A stretch of 46,461 bases of DNA from Blastocystis sp. subtype 4 (GCF_000743755.1 NW_014569500.1:1-46461), one strand, 5' to 3'. Shown: positions 34,414 to 46,461, numbered from the stretch's first letter. The notes: generated from the sequence alone by a model not told the origin. Numbers and translations: made by a program.

Positions 34414-36412
34414 ATGGCTACAACGCAATTGGCCTCGTTATCACGACTCCTGAATATCCCTATCGAAAGTAACTATGATGAATCCTATATTATTCGTCTC
34501 GGTACTATTGTAGCTAATTGATAATGAATTAGCATCTATGAGTCTACAGGAGCTTCTGGAAGAGCCCAGTCGCCTTGAGAATAAGGCAGATTCTCTGGAA
34601 CGAGAAATTCAAACCAAGGCTATTGAACAAAATGCAGTTTTCGAAAAGGCACATTCCTGTTTTTCGGATGTGCTTGCAAAGGTTGAAATTATATAAGATA
34701 CTGATTTAAAGATGGATTCATTGCATCAAAGTGTTTCTTCAGTGAGTGATTTCATTCCAACTGTGGAATACTCTTGCAAATCGTTTACAAAAGAGTTGGA
34801 ATCAACGTATGTGAAATACAATCAGAGTAAAAAAGCCTTAAAGTACCATTCACAAGTACTCTTGGTTGGCTTCTGTTACATAGCTATTGGAGTTGCTAGA
34901 GATGCCTCAGCTGATGGATACCTGTATTCGTAATAATCTTCATGAGGAAGGGTTGGTCCTACTTCGCCATGCCAACAGTCTCTACACCGAGCATTTGTTG
35001 TGAATTCCTTCCTTTATCATTCCTAGTTCTGAACAGTCTCCTGAGTCCATCACTCCTCATAGTGGTTCTGCTGTGATTCTCTCCATCTTCAAAGATATGA
35101 AAGCAGTGGGTGAACAGCAAGAAGCACTCCTTATTCGAGAGTTAGAGACAGATATTACCGTTCCTCGTTGTATTGAAATTCTGAACTATTTGGAAGAAAA
35201 TATGGCTCTGGTAAGTATATTTGAATGGATTTAGTCTAGAGGTTGAATACTACAGTGAAACGCAAAGAAGAGGGCAAATCGGCTCATGTGGGTGATTTGT
35301 AAGAAAGAGAGAGGGGTATAATATAGATTGACAACTGATCAATTGAAACAACTCAAAACTAGCTTCCTGAATGCCCGTAATCAGTTCTTCCAGAAGAAGA
35401 TTGTCTTGTTGTCGGAATATGATTCTGGTGAGTTCTTACGAGGTTATATTGGAGTATTCAAGGATAAATTAACAACAATTCTTTCGCAATATCAGGCTGT
35501 TTTTGGTGATTCTATTGATGGTAAGTGTGAGAGAACGTTCCTTATTAGATGCTCTGTTGCACACATATCTATCAAGCGAAGTCACTCAATTCCTCTCAAT
35601 CTGTGAAACTCATATTCATAAGATCACAAGTGGAGCTGTGTTGGCATCGCTTTTCCGTGATCTAGTCTACTTGTGTGATGGTTTGAGTATCATTCATTGT
35701 AATTTCTACTGTCTCTTGCAAACGTTGATGACTGATACTGTGGCGAAGCTAATGGATTCATATATATCCTTTCATCTTTGGACTGATGTTTTCTTCATTG
35801 ATACTGGGAATTGGTCGAGAAGGAATTCACTGCACAAATCTCCTCTTCCTTGTTTTGGATGAAATCCATTTATTCAGTGAATCTCTACAAATTGAAAGGA
35901 ACAGATGCGTTGATGTTGTACCGATCTTCTCTAGATAGTAAAGAGAAGGAGTTATTACCTCCCTACCTTTTGGAAATTCCACTCTTAGCAAAACTACTCA
36001 CTGATTTTATTTCTACCTTTAATGAACTGCGATTTGTGGCCTTAAGGGGAAGTGGTCCAAAGATTTGTGAATCGATAAATAAGCACCTGATAGCTATTGC
36101 TCAGAGTATTGTGAATGCAGAAGCACTGGTAACTCAGATTGTTGTACCCAAAGCCCGCAGTGAGAATTTGGTTAGTAACAAAGTAGGTTCGATGGATATG
36201 ACCAATTTCTAGGATCATTATGATATCATCGTTATTCAGTATGTTAATACAATTGTTCCACTTATAAACTGTTATTTGCAGCGTATTTTTGATACAAATG
36301 AAGTGTTAGTGGATAATGTAAAGATTCTTCTATGTTATGATTAGTGTAGGCAGCTATTCAAGGCCTTTTAGTCGATCACGGTGTGTATATTCCTATGAAG
36401 AATACCTTGTAA
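34414..36412 (+). CDS. COG8: Conserved oligomeric Golgi complex subunit 8 (Dor1)
   Basis: Spliced SMSLQELLEEPSRLE, LLELLEMPQLMDTCIRNNLHEEGL, QYQAVF and PPYLLEIPLLAKLLTDFISTFNELR; many short introns, one of them AT-AC; TAA 36410-36412 then TGTTTGTT. Confidence 0.88.
35764..35804 (+). other. U12-type AT-AC intron (41 nt) in COG8
   Basis: Donor ATATCCTTT, weak branch TTTCTTCAT, terminal AC. Removal gives in-frame LMDSY|WELVEKEF. Confidence 0.75.
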
Positions 36413-36569
36413 TTCATTGTTTGTTTACCTAAAAGTATCTCTTTTCTTGTTACTCCTATAATTTTGAGAAGAGATTCGGTTGAACCAATTATAGATACGT
36501 TATCTTCCTGCCATAATTCGAAAATTCCCGTTATATTTGGATACCTATGTAGAGTCACAATTTCTTTCA

Positions 36570-37572
36570 ATGCAGCCTGTAGATCCTAATCCTGTTGGAT
36601 ATGTTCCAACACAGTCCGTAGTCCCTATGGCTGTCCCCATGGGTGTTCCAATGCAGCAGCCGGTGCCTGCTCCAGTTCAACAACCTATGCCTGCTCCAGT
36701 TCAACAACCTATGCCTGTTCCAGTACAGCAACCTATGCCTGTTCCAATGCAACAACCGATGCCTGCTCCTGTTGCTTCCCAATTTGTTCCTACTGTTGCT
36801 CCTGCGATGAGTTCGTTTTCAGATCATCTGAACGTACTTAACCAATGTTAGTTTGTGGGTCGGTGCTTATTTTCTAGTCGGAGGTTTGTATATTAAGCAA
36901 AAGATAGAAACGCTTGAAGCCATCACTGGCTTTGAAACTGAAAACGTTTACAAGGTATATTTGACAGGTCCAGATTGTCTCCGAAGCAACAATCAAAAGG
37001 CCTACTTCACTGCAGAAGAGGAATCAGATTGCATGTCTCGTCAATTCTGTGGTAACATGCGTGCTTTCACAATGACGATCTCAAGTCCAGACAATCAACC
37101 TGTATTGGTCTTGAAGAGACCCTTCAAGTGTTCTTGCTGCTGTTGCAATCTTCCTGAAATGCATATTGAAGATGCTGCTGGAAACAAGATTGGTACTATT
37201 AAAAACAGGTTCGATTGTTGTGATGACAAATTTGAGATTCTGGATCATAATGATGAGCCTGTATTGAAGATCCATGGTGATTGTTGTCAGTGGGGAAAGT
37301 TCTGTACTTGTCCTTGTGGTCCTTGTACTGAGGTCCATTATGACATCATCAATCCTGCCACTAATTCCAGTGGTTACATCAAGAAGGTGTGGTCCGGTGC
37401 TGTAGAAGAGATTGTAGGAGAATGAAAAGGGGTTGAGTTGTAGCTGACGGATGCTGATTCTTTCTGTTTGTCCTTCCCTCCAGATGCGACCATTTACCAC
37501 AAAATATTGTTGCTTGGAGCTGTGTTCTTGATTGATTTTATGTATTTCGAGAACAACGATAATAACAATTGA
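36570..37572 (+). CDS. Phospholipid scramblase (PLSCR family)
   Basis: Pro-rich N-terminus; IKQKIETLEAITGFETENVYKV, EESDCMSRQFCG..RAF, Cys cluster KCSCCCC, IKKVWSG, TDADSF...FP and KILLLGAVFLIDFMYFE; two introns. Confidence 0.95.
36645..36764 (+). repeat. Coding tandem repeat, 5 x 24 nt ([AV]P[VM]QQP[MV]P)
   Basis: Units such as gctccagttcaacaacctatgcct repeated with synonymous variation in the scramblase N-terminus. Confidence 0.9.
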
Positions 37573-37692
37573 TTTCACTTAGTTCGATTATGGTGTACCC
37601 ACATTATTAGTGTAATTAGACTTCTGTTTGTTTCTTGAACAAGTTGGATTTATTGGTTATCACATCTACTAACAGCGATTACGAAGATGATA

Positions 37693-37793
37693 CCAAGAGA
37701 GATCTGTGGTCAATAACCGCATTCTGAAAGGAGAGCAGATAGAATCACCATCCATCAACTGCAGATCAACTCCTTTCATTCTCCTATTATCTC
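37693..37793 (-). pseudogene. Decayed inverted duplicate of the scramblase 3' region (core; weaker similarity may extend to ~38100)
   Basis: The reverse complement aligns to 37408-37517. By hand, 43 of 52 columns match 37415-37466. It includes the last intron with its GT donor lost. Confidence 0.75.
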
Positions 37794-38251
37794 TATCAGA
37801 TCTCTAGTCATCTATAGATGAGTAGATAATCATTCGGAAGCAATGAATTGGTTACAGAGAGATGCCAAATCTATAATGAATCTCTAATGTTGCAGATGGA
37901 TTCTGTAAATAATGAAAACCTTGGAATGATGCTAATATAAAGAGTTGTGTGATTATAGTAGTTAAGAGAAAAAGCACTAGAAGAGTTTCTGTAACAAAAC
38001 TGTGCGATGTCTCATGTACTACACGCACTATAAATACTGTGATGAAACGAATGGCAAAGGAATTTGCCGTATTTGTGAGGATGAGACATATGGAGACATT
38101 CGAACAATAAACTTGTGAATCTGATAGATTCCTGAATCTATTTATATTCGTTCCATTACTTTAAAGGTCTGTTCAACAGATATAGAAAAGATAATGCTAT
38201 TTTCGCATCTGCAGACTTAACAATCTCAGGATTTGCTCCCATCTACAGGGA

Positions 38252-41200
38252 ATGTCCTCTTCTCTATATTCATTCGTTATACTATGTAGATATGCTTGTC
38301 ATAATGTGATTTACAGGTACTATAGTTTTCTCACTCTGTCTCGCAGTTCCCTATCGTGTTCGCTATAGGAAATACTCAACTATTAATGCTTCAAGTGAGT
38401 CATTTTCCATTCTCTGTGATAGTCATATTGTTTATGAAAGTGAACGGTTTGAAAGTCATTCTATTCGATCTTACGATGCAACAATTGATGCTGATGAATC
38501 TTGCCTCTTTATTGTATGGATGAAATCAAAGTAGTGATGGAATTCTTGTTCAAACTGTAGAGATGAAAGCGGATGGAGTGATGGATCTCATGTTGTCTTT
38601 TACGGGGATTATGATACAGTCCTTGCAGATGTGACTCATGATTCCGGTTATTTCTCCTCTTTTTTCCTCTTTTGTAATCATCTGTTGTTCCTTTGATCCT
38701 AGTACATTATCCTTTATATCGTGGTGCAGAATGGGAGATATCGGACTGGACTTCCTCTAGAAAGGATTTAGCTTCTTTGACTTCTTGTTTCGACAACCAA
38801 GAATGGAAAAGAATGGTAATTGGCAACTTCACTCTTTCAAATGGACAAACTGTGTATCTTCGCAAACAATTAACATGGAGCCAGAAGTCAGCTGCTTACA
38901 AACTCTCGTTATCATATCGTTATGGTATAATCGTATTTATAAATGGAAATGAGATTCTTCGCGACAATCTCCCTCAGGGCGTAATTAGGAAATCAACGCC
39001 AGCTACAGGTGGTTACGAGGACTATCAAGAACGAATCTATGTGAGGGATACTAACGAATTCGGACCACTCACTATCTCTCTCTGTGTTGAACTTCATTGG
39101 ATTCGAAATGGTCCAGAATCTGAGAAGCCAACCCAAGTTCTTTTTGATGCATGGCTGGCAGAACTGGGAAAGAACCCAAATTCTGATTGTTCTTTCATTC
39201 CTTTAAGTCCAGTATCAATTGACAATGCTACTGATTTCTCATTGTCTTCTTTCTATGAATTCGCATCCAATGAGGGGATATATTTTCACTCTTTACGGGA
39301 TACCTACACAATCAATACCCTTGAGTTCTATTCTCCTCTAGTTTCCTGTTGGATGCCTCAGAAACTAACATTGTATGGAGTGAATCGAATCAACACTCGT
39401 CAGAAACTCATTGATGTTAGTAATCCCATTTGGACAACCTCGGGTTGGACTCAGTTCTCAACATTCAATCAGTACAAGGATATTGTACGGATTGAATTGC
39501 ATGTATCATCACGAAATCATCCTATTCGAATCTGGGAGTTTCGACTTGGTATCTGTGGTGATAACACTTTTCCTTCGTTTCAGTATCCTAACTCTACACA
39601 CTTCCTTATTCAAGATTATATTGATCTCTATCCCTTATCGCTTATATATTCTAACTGTTCTTCATTAGCAACATTTCCTGTGGGAATTGAACTGAACTAT
39701 TCTGATTGTCATATTTCAGGTCATTATCAAGGGAAATCCATTGCTGTAGAACTCCCCATTGTAGCAGAATTCCCAGTTCATTCAGTAACAGTGGTATCTC
39801 TTGTTATTGAGAGTTGTAATTCTACTGTTCTCCTGATTAAGCGAGTTTATGGATCATCAAATGCTTTCTACGAGTCATTCAAGTTAACCGATATGAATTC
39901 GAACCATAGTGTGTTTGAAATTCCTCCATATTCCACTCAAGAACCTAATGCAACATTCACTTGGTATATATGTACCAATGCCTCCATTCTTCGTATTGAA
40001 ATGGATTCCAGAGTCGCTCAGTGGTGGGATTCCAACTCATATGTCGAGTTCTGGCTTTACACAGACCTTCAGGACATCTTTCTTCTCCATACACGATATG
40101 ATGAACGTAGTAATGGGAGCCCTTATCACTTTTTGTCTCTCAATATTCCAATTATGCCAGGCTCTCAATGGCACTATCATCATGGAACAGTTGTTGCTAA
40201 TTGGACTCAAATTCACTTTGATGATGGATATTGGAACTGTTCCAGAGTGAGTCAATTTCCAGACTCACCTAATCAACTTCAGTTCTATCGTAGTACCTTC
40301 TATCTCGATTCGCTCAAGGAGTTCACAGGATTTCAACTTCATTTGCGGTATCAGTATTGTTATATGATCTATGTGAATGGATTTATCGCTCATAGTTACG
40401 GTATTTCTTCAAGAGTAACTGAACAAACGACTTGTGAACGTCAATTTGATCAAGTCAAATATCGTTCAATCATACTAACAGTGTGTGACTACTTACGGTT
40501 GGGGATGAATGTTGTGAGTATTGCAATTGTATCGCCTTCTCAGATCACTCATTCATCGTTTGATTGCATCGTTCACATGATTGCTACAGATTCAGGATCA
40601 CGAGCCATGCCTCTGAAACAGATACTGACTGAACCAAGAATGAGTCAGTCTGCACACATGAGTAAGAATGCTTCACTTGTCTTTGATGGAGATATGAGTA
40701 CGGGGATTCGAATCACTTCATGTGATCCTGTTGAAATAGTCATTGAATTTAGTGATAATCGATGTGAATACTTCAATGAGCTGGTTTTATACAGCGCTGA
40801 TGATGGCTTGCTTCATTCGTTGACTCAATTCATTCTTGATGGTCGAAACTCAGTCAATGATTCATGGGAACGACTTATTACAATGGAATCACTTGGTTGG
40901 GTCTACTCAGGACAAAGCAAGATTATTCCAGTCAATCTTCCTCAGTGCTATCGTTTCTTTCGCTTCATCAACATGTCTCAGAAGAGTCAATCTCTCTGTG
41001 ACTGGTCTCTCCTTGAGATCATGTTACTCCTCGTTCATCGTATAGAGAATGATGTGCTTGATTATCCCATCACTTTTGTACCACATTCGGATCCAATTGT
41101 TCCTCTTCGTCCACGACAAGTGGGATTCTCTAATTATGTTGCTCAGGGTTTACCTTCTGGTGTTCACATCGACAGTGCATCAGGTACTATCTATGGTTCC

Positions 41201-43178
41201 TCTCTCTCTAGTGCGGAGGTGAGAGTTCTTATTACTGCTGAAAAGGCTGGCTATTTACCAGTTTCAACGAGACTCAATCTCAGCTTTCTGACGTGTGATC
41301 TCGATGTCTTTATGCTTCTGGATATTCACGTTCTCACTTTCTCCATACCTCATTCGTTCACACTTCGTGTCCTCACAGATTCTTCAGGAGATGTTCTTCC
41401 TCCTGTTGTCCAGTTGACGACAGGAAATGACGAGTTTGCATATCGTTTGTGTGTTCTCCCTCAATCCTATTCCATTCAAATTGAATCAAATCCAGTGAAT
41501 CCAAAGGATCGTGTTTGGATTGCTATGAATCATGTAACCCTAATACAAGGGAGTTTGAATCATGAAGGCAAATATATCTTTGATTTGGATGCCACATTTG
41601 AGGCTATTGGTGGACATTCAATTTGGAGAATGCTATCAACAAATACAATCCCTTTTAATTGGAATGTGGATGCCTTTGATGATAGTATGTGGCAGAGAAC
41701 AAATATGGATGGATTTCAATCTGACACAATTACTGTCTATTTCCGTCGTACAATTACTATTCAGCAGCACGATTTGGAGTTATTAATGCATGTTCAAATG
41801 CAATTTGAAGGAGGAATTGTTGCTTACATGCATGGAATGAGGATTGCTCTATTTAACCTCCCATCTTCCTTCGATTCTACTACATATGCATCATCACTTC
41901 ATGATTATACCAAAATCGAGATGTTTTCTGTCAATCTTGTTCAATCATTTGTTTATCCTGGTACTCATGTATTCTCCTTGGAGTATCATAATGTTCGAAC
42001 AACATCACTTCCAACAAGTCGTATATCATTAACTATTGTGACATTGCGTGAAGAGAACACACACTATCGTAATAGTATGACCTGTTCCATAGTACGAGAA
42101 GGAGAGATTGTGCCAATGTACTTGAGAGATCCAATCACCCCTTTCTTCAGTTCTAGGTCATTCAAACAAACCTTGAATGAAGAGTTTCCAACCACATCAA
42201 TTCATCTTCCAATCTATTTCCTTCCTCAATCGTATCTTCAGCTAACACCTAAGAATCAAATACTGATGCGACCTCAAGGAATTCATTTGATAGTTGAACG
42301 GAGTATTCCAATGACTATTCTTCTAGAAGGATTGACTGAGGAGAAATGGATACGTATCTCTCTCTTCAATTCTTCATCAGAGGAAGTGACTTATTCACTT
42401 CCACAACTGTTACTGGGATATCGTTCGTTTCGAATGACCTTCACTACAACAGAAGTGGTTCTTATGACTCGCATTGTGGATCTTTCGTTTACCTTCAATT
42501 CACATGCATCGCTTCGATGTCCTGCAGTGGATTCCTTCCTACCTGCCTGGGATCTGGATGTATCAGCAATTCCTTGTCCTGAGAATTACACAGGATATCA
42601 GTACCGACGCTGTGTGAATGGAAGGTTCCAACAAGTTTCTCTGGAAGAGTGTATAATGAATGAGCCTTCACATTTGATGTATCCACAGCAGGTTGTACGA
42701 CTCTTGGTACCAATCGATACTATCTCATTCATTCCTTCTGTGCAGGGAGTTGTGAATCAGTTCTCAGTAGCTCCATCGTTACCTGAATACTTCTCACTGG
42801 ATTCATATACTGGCATTTTGGAAGGAACAGCGATAAGTCCATTCGATCCTCAAGTCTTCACAATCACTGCAGAGAATGAGAAGGGTGTAACATCCTTCTT
42901 CCTCACTCTGTCTATCGAGGAACTTCAATGTCCAGCAGAGGGTGATTGGCCGAATGCAAAAACAGATTCTGTGACTTTCATATCGTGTCCTGATACCCAA
43001 GCAATGTTTGGAATTCGAATACGATATTGTGTGATTATGGATCGAGAAGGGATCTGGAGTGAAGAGTATTCTTATTGTTATTCAAAGAATGAAGTAGTCA
43101 GTTTCCTTATGTTTGGATCTATATTTGTTTCGTGTATTGTATCCTTAGTATTGCAGTCAATAAAGAGAACGAAGAAAT
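38252..43178 (+). CDS. Large type I surface protein with repeated sugar-binding-like beta-sandwich, He_PIG-type Ig-like and Cys-rich HormR-like modules
   Basis: Spliced signal peptide MSSSLYSFVILCTIVFSLCLA; three W...Y(L/F)R...G.I.(F/Y).NG-like modules; LP.G..ID..(S/T)G.I.G Ig-like motifs; two CPA...(W)P...C...G...R.C...G.(W/F)....C units; TM near the end. Genomic ORF ends 43198; predicted poly(A)-made stop at 43178. Confidence 0.82.
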
Positions 43179-43239
43179 GGAGTGTTTGTTTAAATTAGTC
43201 ATCACATACTTATCAAACAAACACACATATAGAGTACAA

Positions 43240-44187
43240 CTACACACTCAAGCGACGTAATTTGGAAGCAAACTCCTGAAGTTCTCTTTGTCGTTGAGTA
43301 ATCAAATCCAACATATCGGTCCGATATGCAATACAAGCATCCTTATTTCCTGTCATTCTCTCAAACTCCAGCAACATAGATAGTTCTGATCGAGCACTTT
43401 CTAATGAATTTGCAAATAACACTTTGTGCTCCAGAACACATTCCTCCACAGACAATACATGTTCAGATCTCTCTACTCGCGAATCCTTGTTTGATGCTAT
43501 TGGTGAAGTCTGTGCTGAGAGTGAAGTGACAGGAACACGATGCAATAATGGAGATCCCGTAGTTGTAACAGTAGGAGAAGTAAGTGAGCGTTTCATTGTG
43601 GACTTTACCACAGGAACTGACTTAGATGGTATCAAGGAAGGAGAAAGAGCAGGAGTTCGACTGTATGGTTTGATAAATGAAGGCGTTACAAGCACTCCAT
43701 ATCCAGGCTCACAATCGAAGAGTTTGACTTTCTACAAATAAGTCCCAATTTCTGGAAATACATTAAATGTACCGTTAAATGTTGAATGGATGGGTGATTT
43801 CAGAATAAGTCCAAAATACACGGTATCTGAGTTGGGATCAGCATTTCCAATGTACTTGATTGTTCCCACGACCGTCTGTCCAGACAACTCTGCTGTCACC
43901 ACTTGATTCAGTGAGTAAGTAATCCGATTGTAAGTATAACAACGAAGAGAGCGTGATGATGTCTGCGAAGCAGTCCGTGATCCTGGTTTTGAAGGAATAC
44001 GCGATGTCAGAATGCGTCCAGAAGGAGATGAACTCGGTGAACGAGGGTTAGTTGACTAAATGTGAATCAAACCCATCAACCTAACAATCTTCATTTCATT
44101 GCCACTCAATTGTCTTCGGATATTCATAGGAAGATTGACAATAATTCTAGTTGTCATAATCGTGAATCATTCTCACTTTTGTGCCAT
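43240..44187 (-). CDS. CAP-Gly domain protein with Ser/Pro-rich linkers and C-terminal coiled coil
   Basis: Spliced GTIKYIGNADPNSDTVYFGLILKSPIHSTFNGTFN|KVKLFDCEPGYGVLVTPS matches the CAP-Gly pattern with a degenerate GKNDG loop; start 44187 via a 30 nt intron. Confidence 0.78.
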
Positions 44188-44278
44188 CTCAGGGTATTTT
44201 TCAAGACATGTAGAAATAATGGATTTTGAGATGCTTTTGACTTCAATATTGTAGCTATCGACAGCCAACTACAGTACA

Positions 44279-44915
44279 TGATTCTCTATGATCCTACTGT
44301 TAGAGCTTTTACGATATCTGCTTCATAAAGAGACAGATAGTCTTGTTTCCAGGTAGTAATAATGCAGAAAAGACACTCAATTGCCACTTTGGAGACTCGA
44401 GCACTAGAAATGAAGTGAGAAGTCTATTGTTACTTTCGATTTTGTATATATGACACTAGCTGCCGAATAACACGAGGCATATAGACATGAGCAATCATTT
44501 CCTTTGTAGCCTCTGCAAACAAGTCACTGATGTACTAGATATGATTCCCTTAACTGTAAAACGCACACTAATTCCAGAAGAAACCTTATCGATGCAGTCA
44601 GGGAAAATGTTCGCTGCAACCGGTTCAAAGTTGTTTTCCAATTCTTTCGACATTACAATAATGGTCTCTCCTGTACATGCAACTAACTTTGATCGGGTGT
44701 CTTTGATCTACAATAATGACAAGATGACTGGAAAGCTACTAATTTTGAAAAGTCGCACCGCAGATCCGTAATTTCTGACTGTTTTGCATCAATCTTATGA
44801 AATTTCTTGGCGAGGACCTATAATCATCAATCTCGTATTTACTTCACCTGGAATCGTTTCAATGAATTTAGAATCTCTTCCCAATCCTCATTTCGATCTG
44901 ATATTACCCTTGTAA
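44279..44915 (+). CDS. Possible multi-exon hypothetical protein
   Basis: Open segments (including 44487-44771) can be linked by plausible short introns, but the start, end and family are unresolved. Confidence 0.3.
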
Positions 44916-45102
44916 GGTATCCAATCTCATTTACATAAGACATTGCGTTTGGTCGTGACCCTCTTTTATAAACCCAAAGACGATAAGTTTTGTGACCTCC
45001 AGATACACACAAGACTCACGAAACAATAGGAATAAGCGAGATAAAAGTAAACAAACAATACCAGATAAAGGGGCGATTTATGGAACAACTAAACGAAACT
45101 AG

Positions 45103-46256
45103 CTATTGATTCTTCTTTTCCTCCATTGAAGTTTCCTCTTCACTTGAAAGATCATCTTCCTCTACACAGATGAATTCATTACTGAGTTTCTTCAAAATGC
45201 GTGTCATATACTTCCCTTCGATAGGAAAGAGCCATCTCCATGAAGGAGGTTCTCCCATAGTGCTAACAAGACAATCAAAAAACGAGTTCTAGATTCAATT
45301 GGACATGACAGTTCGTACCTCTAAAGTATGTACACGGTAGGACTTTAAATATTCTACATACGTTAGATCGTAGCGGATCGCTTTAATCTGGTCGAAAAGA
45401 AGGAATAACACAAAGACAGCGAAGATAGAAGAGAAGAATACTTCAATAATAGTCAAGACATCTAGTACAATATCTGTATCAAAAAATGGAAGGAAAATAT
45501 GATTTGCTATCCAAGAAGGGAGATACTCGTTCAATGGATAGAGATCTCTGAAGTAAACAATATCCGTGTTCTCATAGATTTCAAATCGCTTTTCATAGAT
45601 AAAGCCACAACCAAGAATAGATGCAAGTACTACTCCGAAATGAACATAGATTAAATATAGAATGAAATACTTCTGATTCCTTGCACCCACACAATTATTA
45701 ATCCATCTAGGTATCAATACTATAGATAGATACAACGGACAATGATGATCCATCTTCAGGATACACACATTACACCTGCTACAATGATGAGCACGAGCTG
45801 GTTTCATGCAATCACACTTCCTAGCTGTTTACAAATCGACAACACTTACTCACAATAATTGTAAGAGCATTCCTCTAAATAGTATTTGCGAACTTCTTCT
45901 GATACTTTCTATGAATGAATGGCCATTGGAAAAAAGACTCTGCGATCAACAACGAGTCCCGGTTCGGTAAATGATGCCTTCACTCCACACCATACAACCA
46001 TAACAATAAAGAAGATCATAATCAACATTAACGTCAAACCTTTTGGTGAAAACTTGTATAGCGAGTATATCACGCAATAGAGTGTGCAGAATGATGCAAA
46101 TCCTATATGAACGTAACTCTATTCCTCACCTCCCAGAATCACTCCTACAAGTAGTGAAACAAGAATTCCAAGAGGATCTCGGTAATTAAACCAACAAGAA
46201 TCACAATGACGCATCTGACATCCACTTCTTAAGACACTCAATATCCGTGAAGTCAT
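45103..46256 (-). CDS. DHHC protein S-palmitoyltransferase (ZDHHC3/7-like)
   Basis: [56 protein letters not shown] and TYVE; short introns; TAG 45105-45103. Confidence 0.95.
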
Positions 46257-46308
46257 CTTATTCCGTAGTTCTATTCAGTTAAGAATAGAATGTTCGTTTC
46301 TCCTTATT

Positions 46309-46461
46309 ATGCTGGTATCCATGAGTAATATAGCATGGAGTAAAATAGTGAATACAGAATCGATATCAAAGAAGATGAATGAAGTAGAATGGAGAATGAA
46401 GTGGAAAGAGTACTTGAAAGAGAGTGTATTGAATGATAATAAGAATTGTATGTTGAATTTG
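46309..46461 (+). CDS. 5' end of a hypothetical protein running off the window
   Basis: Open frame MLVSMSNIAWSKIVNTESISKKMNEVEWRMKWKEYLKESVLNDNKN, then a GTATG donor-like site; divergent from the DHHC start 52 bp away. Confidence 0.4.
   Translation, partial: MLVSMSNIAWSKIVNTESISKKMNEVEWRMKWKEYLKESVLNDNKNCMLNL

Noticed and set aside
36645..36764. 24-nt periodic repeat as a CRISPR-like array
   Set aside because: No spacers; it is an in-frame Pro/Gln-rich coding repeat with synonymous variation in a eukaryotic gene.
38029..38077. Hammerhead ribozyme or SECIS element
   Set aside because: The core reads CTGTGATGAAAC, not CUGANGA-stem II-GAAA, and there is no SECIS quartet geometry or upstream selenoprotein.

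Overview
This is gene-dense eukaryotic nuclear DNA, not prokaryotic. Genes are packed tens of bases apart and split by many ~28-35 nt GT-AG introns, which is why the ORF track is fragmented. Most genes end next to a TGTTTGTT element. That combination is the known signature of the gut stramenopile Blastocystis (an inference from gene architecture, not a database match). I spliced about 22 protein genes by hand: partial MECR-like oxidoreductase, multi-KH RNA-binding protein, V-ATPase subunit e, RPS28, WRNIP1/Mgs1, MTG1-type GTPase, RPL29, ERD2-related receptor, secreted metallophosphoesterase, a very large nucleotidyltransferase-like/ankyrin protein, VPS13, ATP-dependent DNA ligase, TPT-family transporter, COG8, phospholipid scramblase, a large Ig-like surface protein, CAP-Gly protein, DHHC palmitoyltransferase and several unknowns. 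There is also one tRNA-Gln(TTG). Most notable: (1) an uncharacterised Pol-beta-superfamily nucleotidyltransferase-like domain fused to ankyrin repeats; (2) several stop codons apparently completed by polyadenylation, including a palindromic signal shared by two convergent genes and a signal that overlaps the next gene's start codon; (3) two tiny AT-AC (U12-type) introns; (4) a VPS13 with C2/PDZ insertions and a C-terminal PX domain; (5) a decayed inverted copy of the scramblase gene. All exon structures are manual predictions without RNA data.
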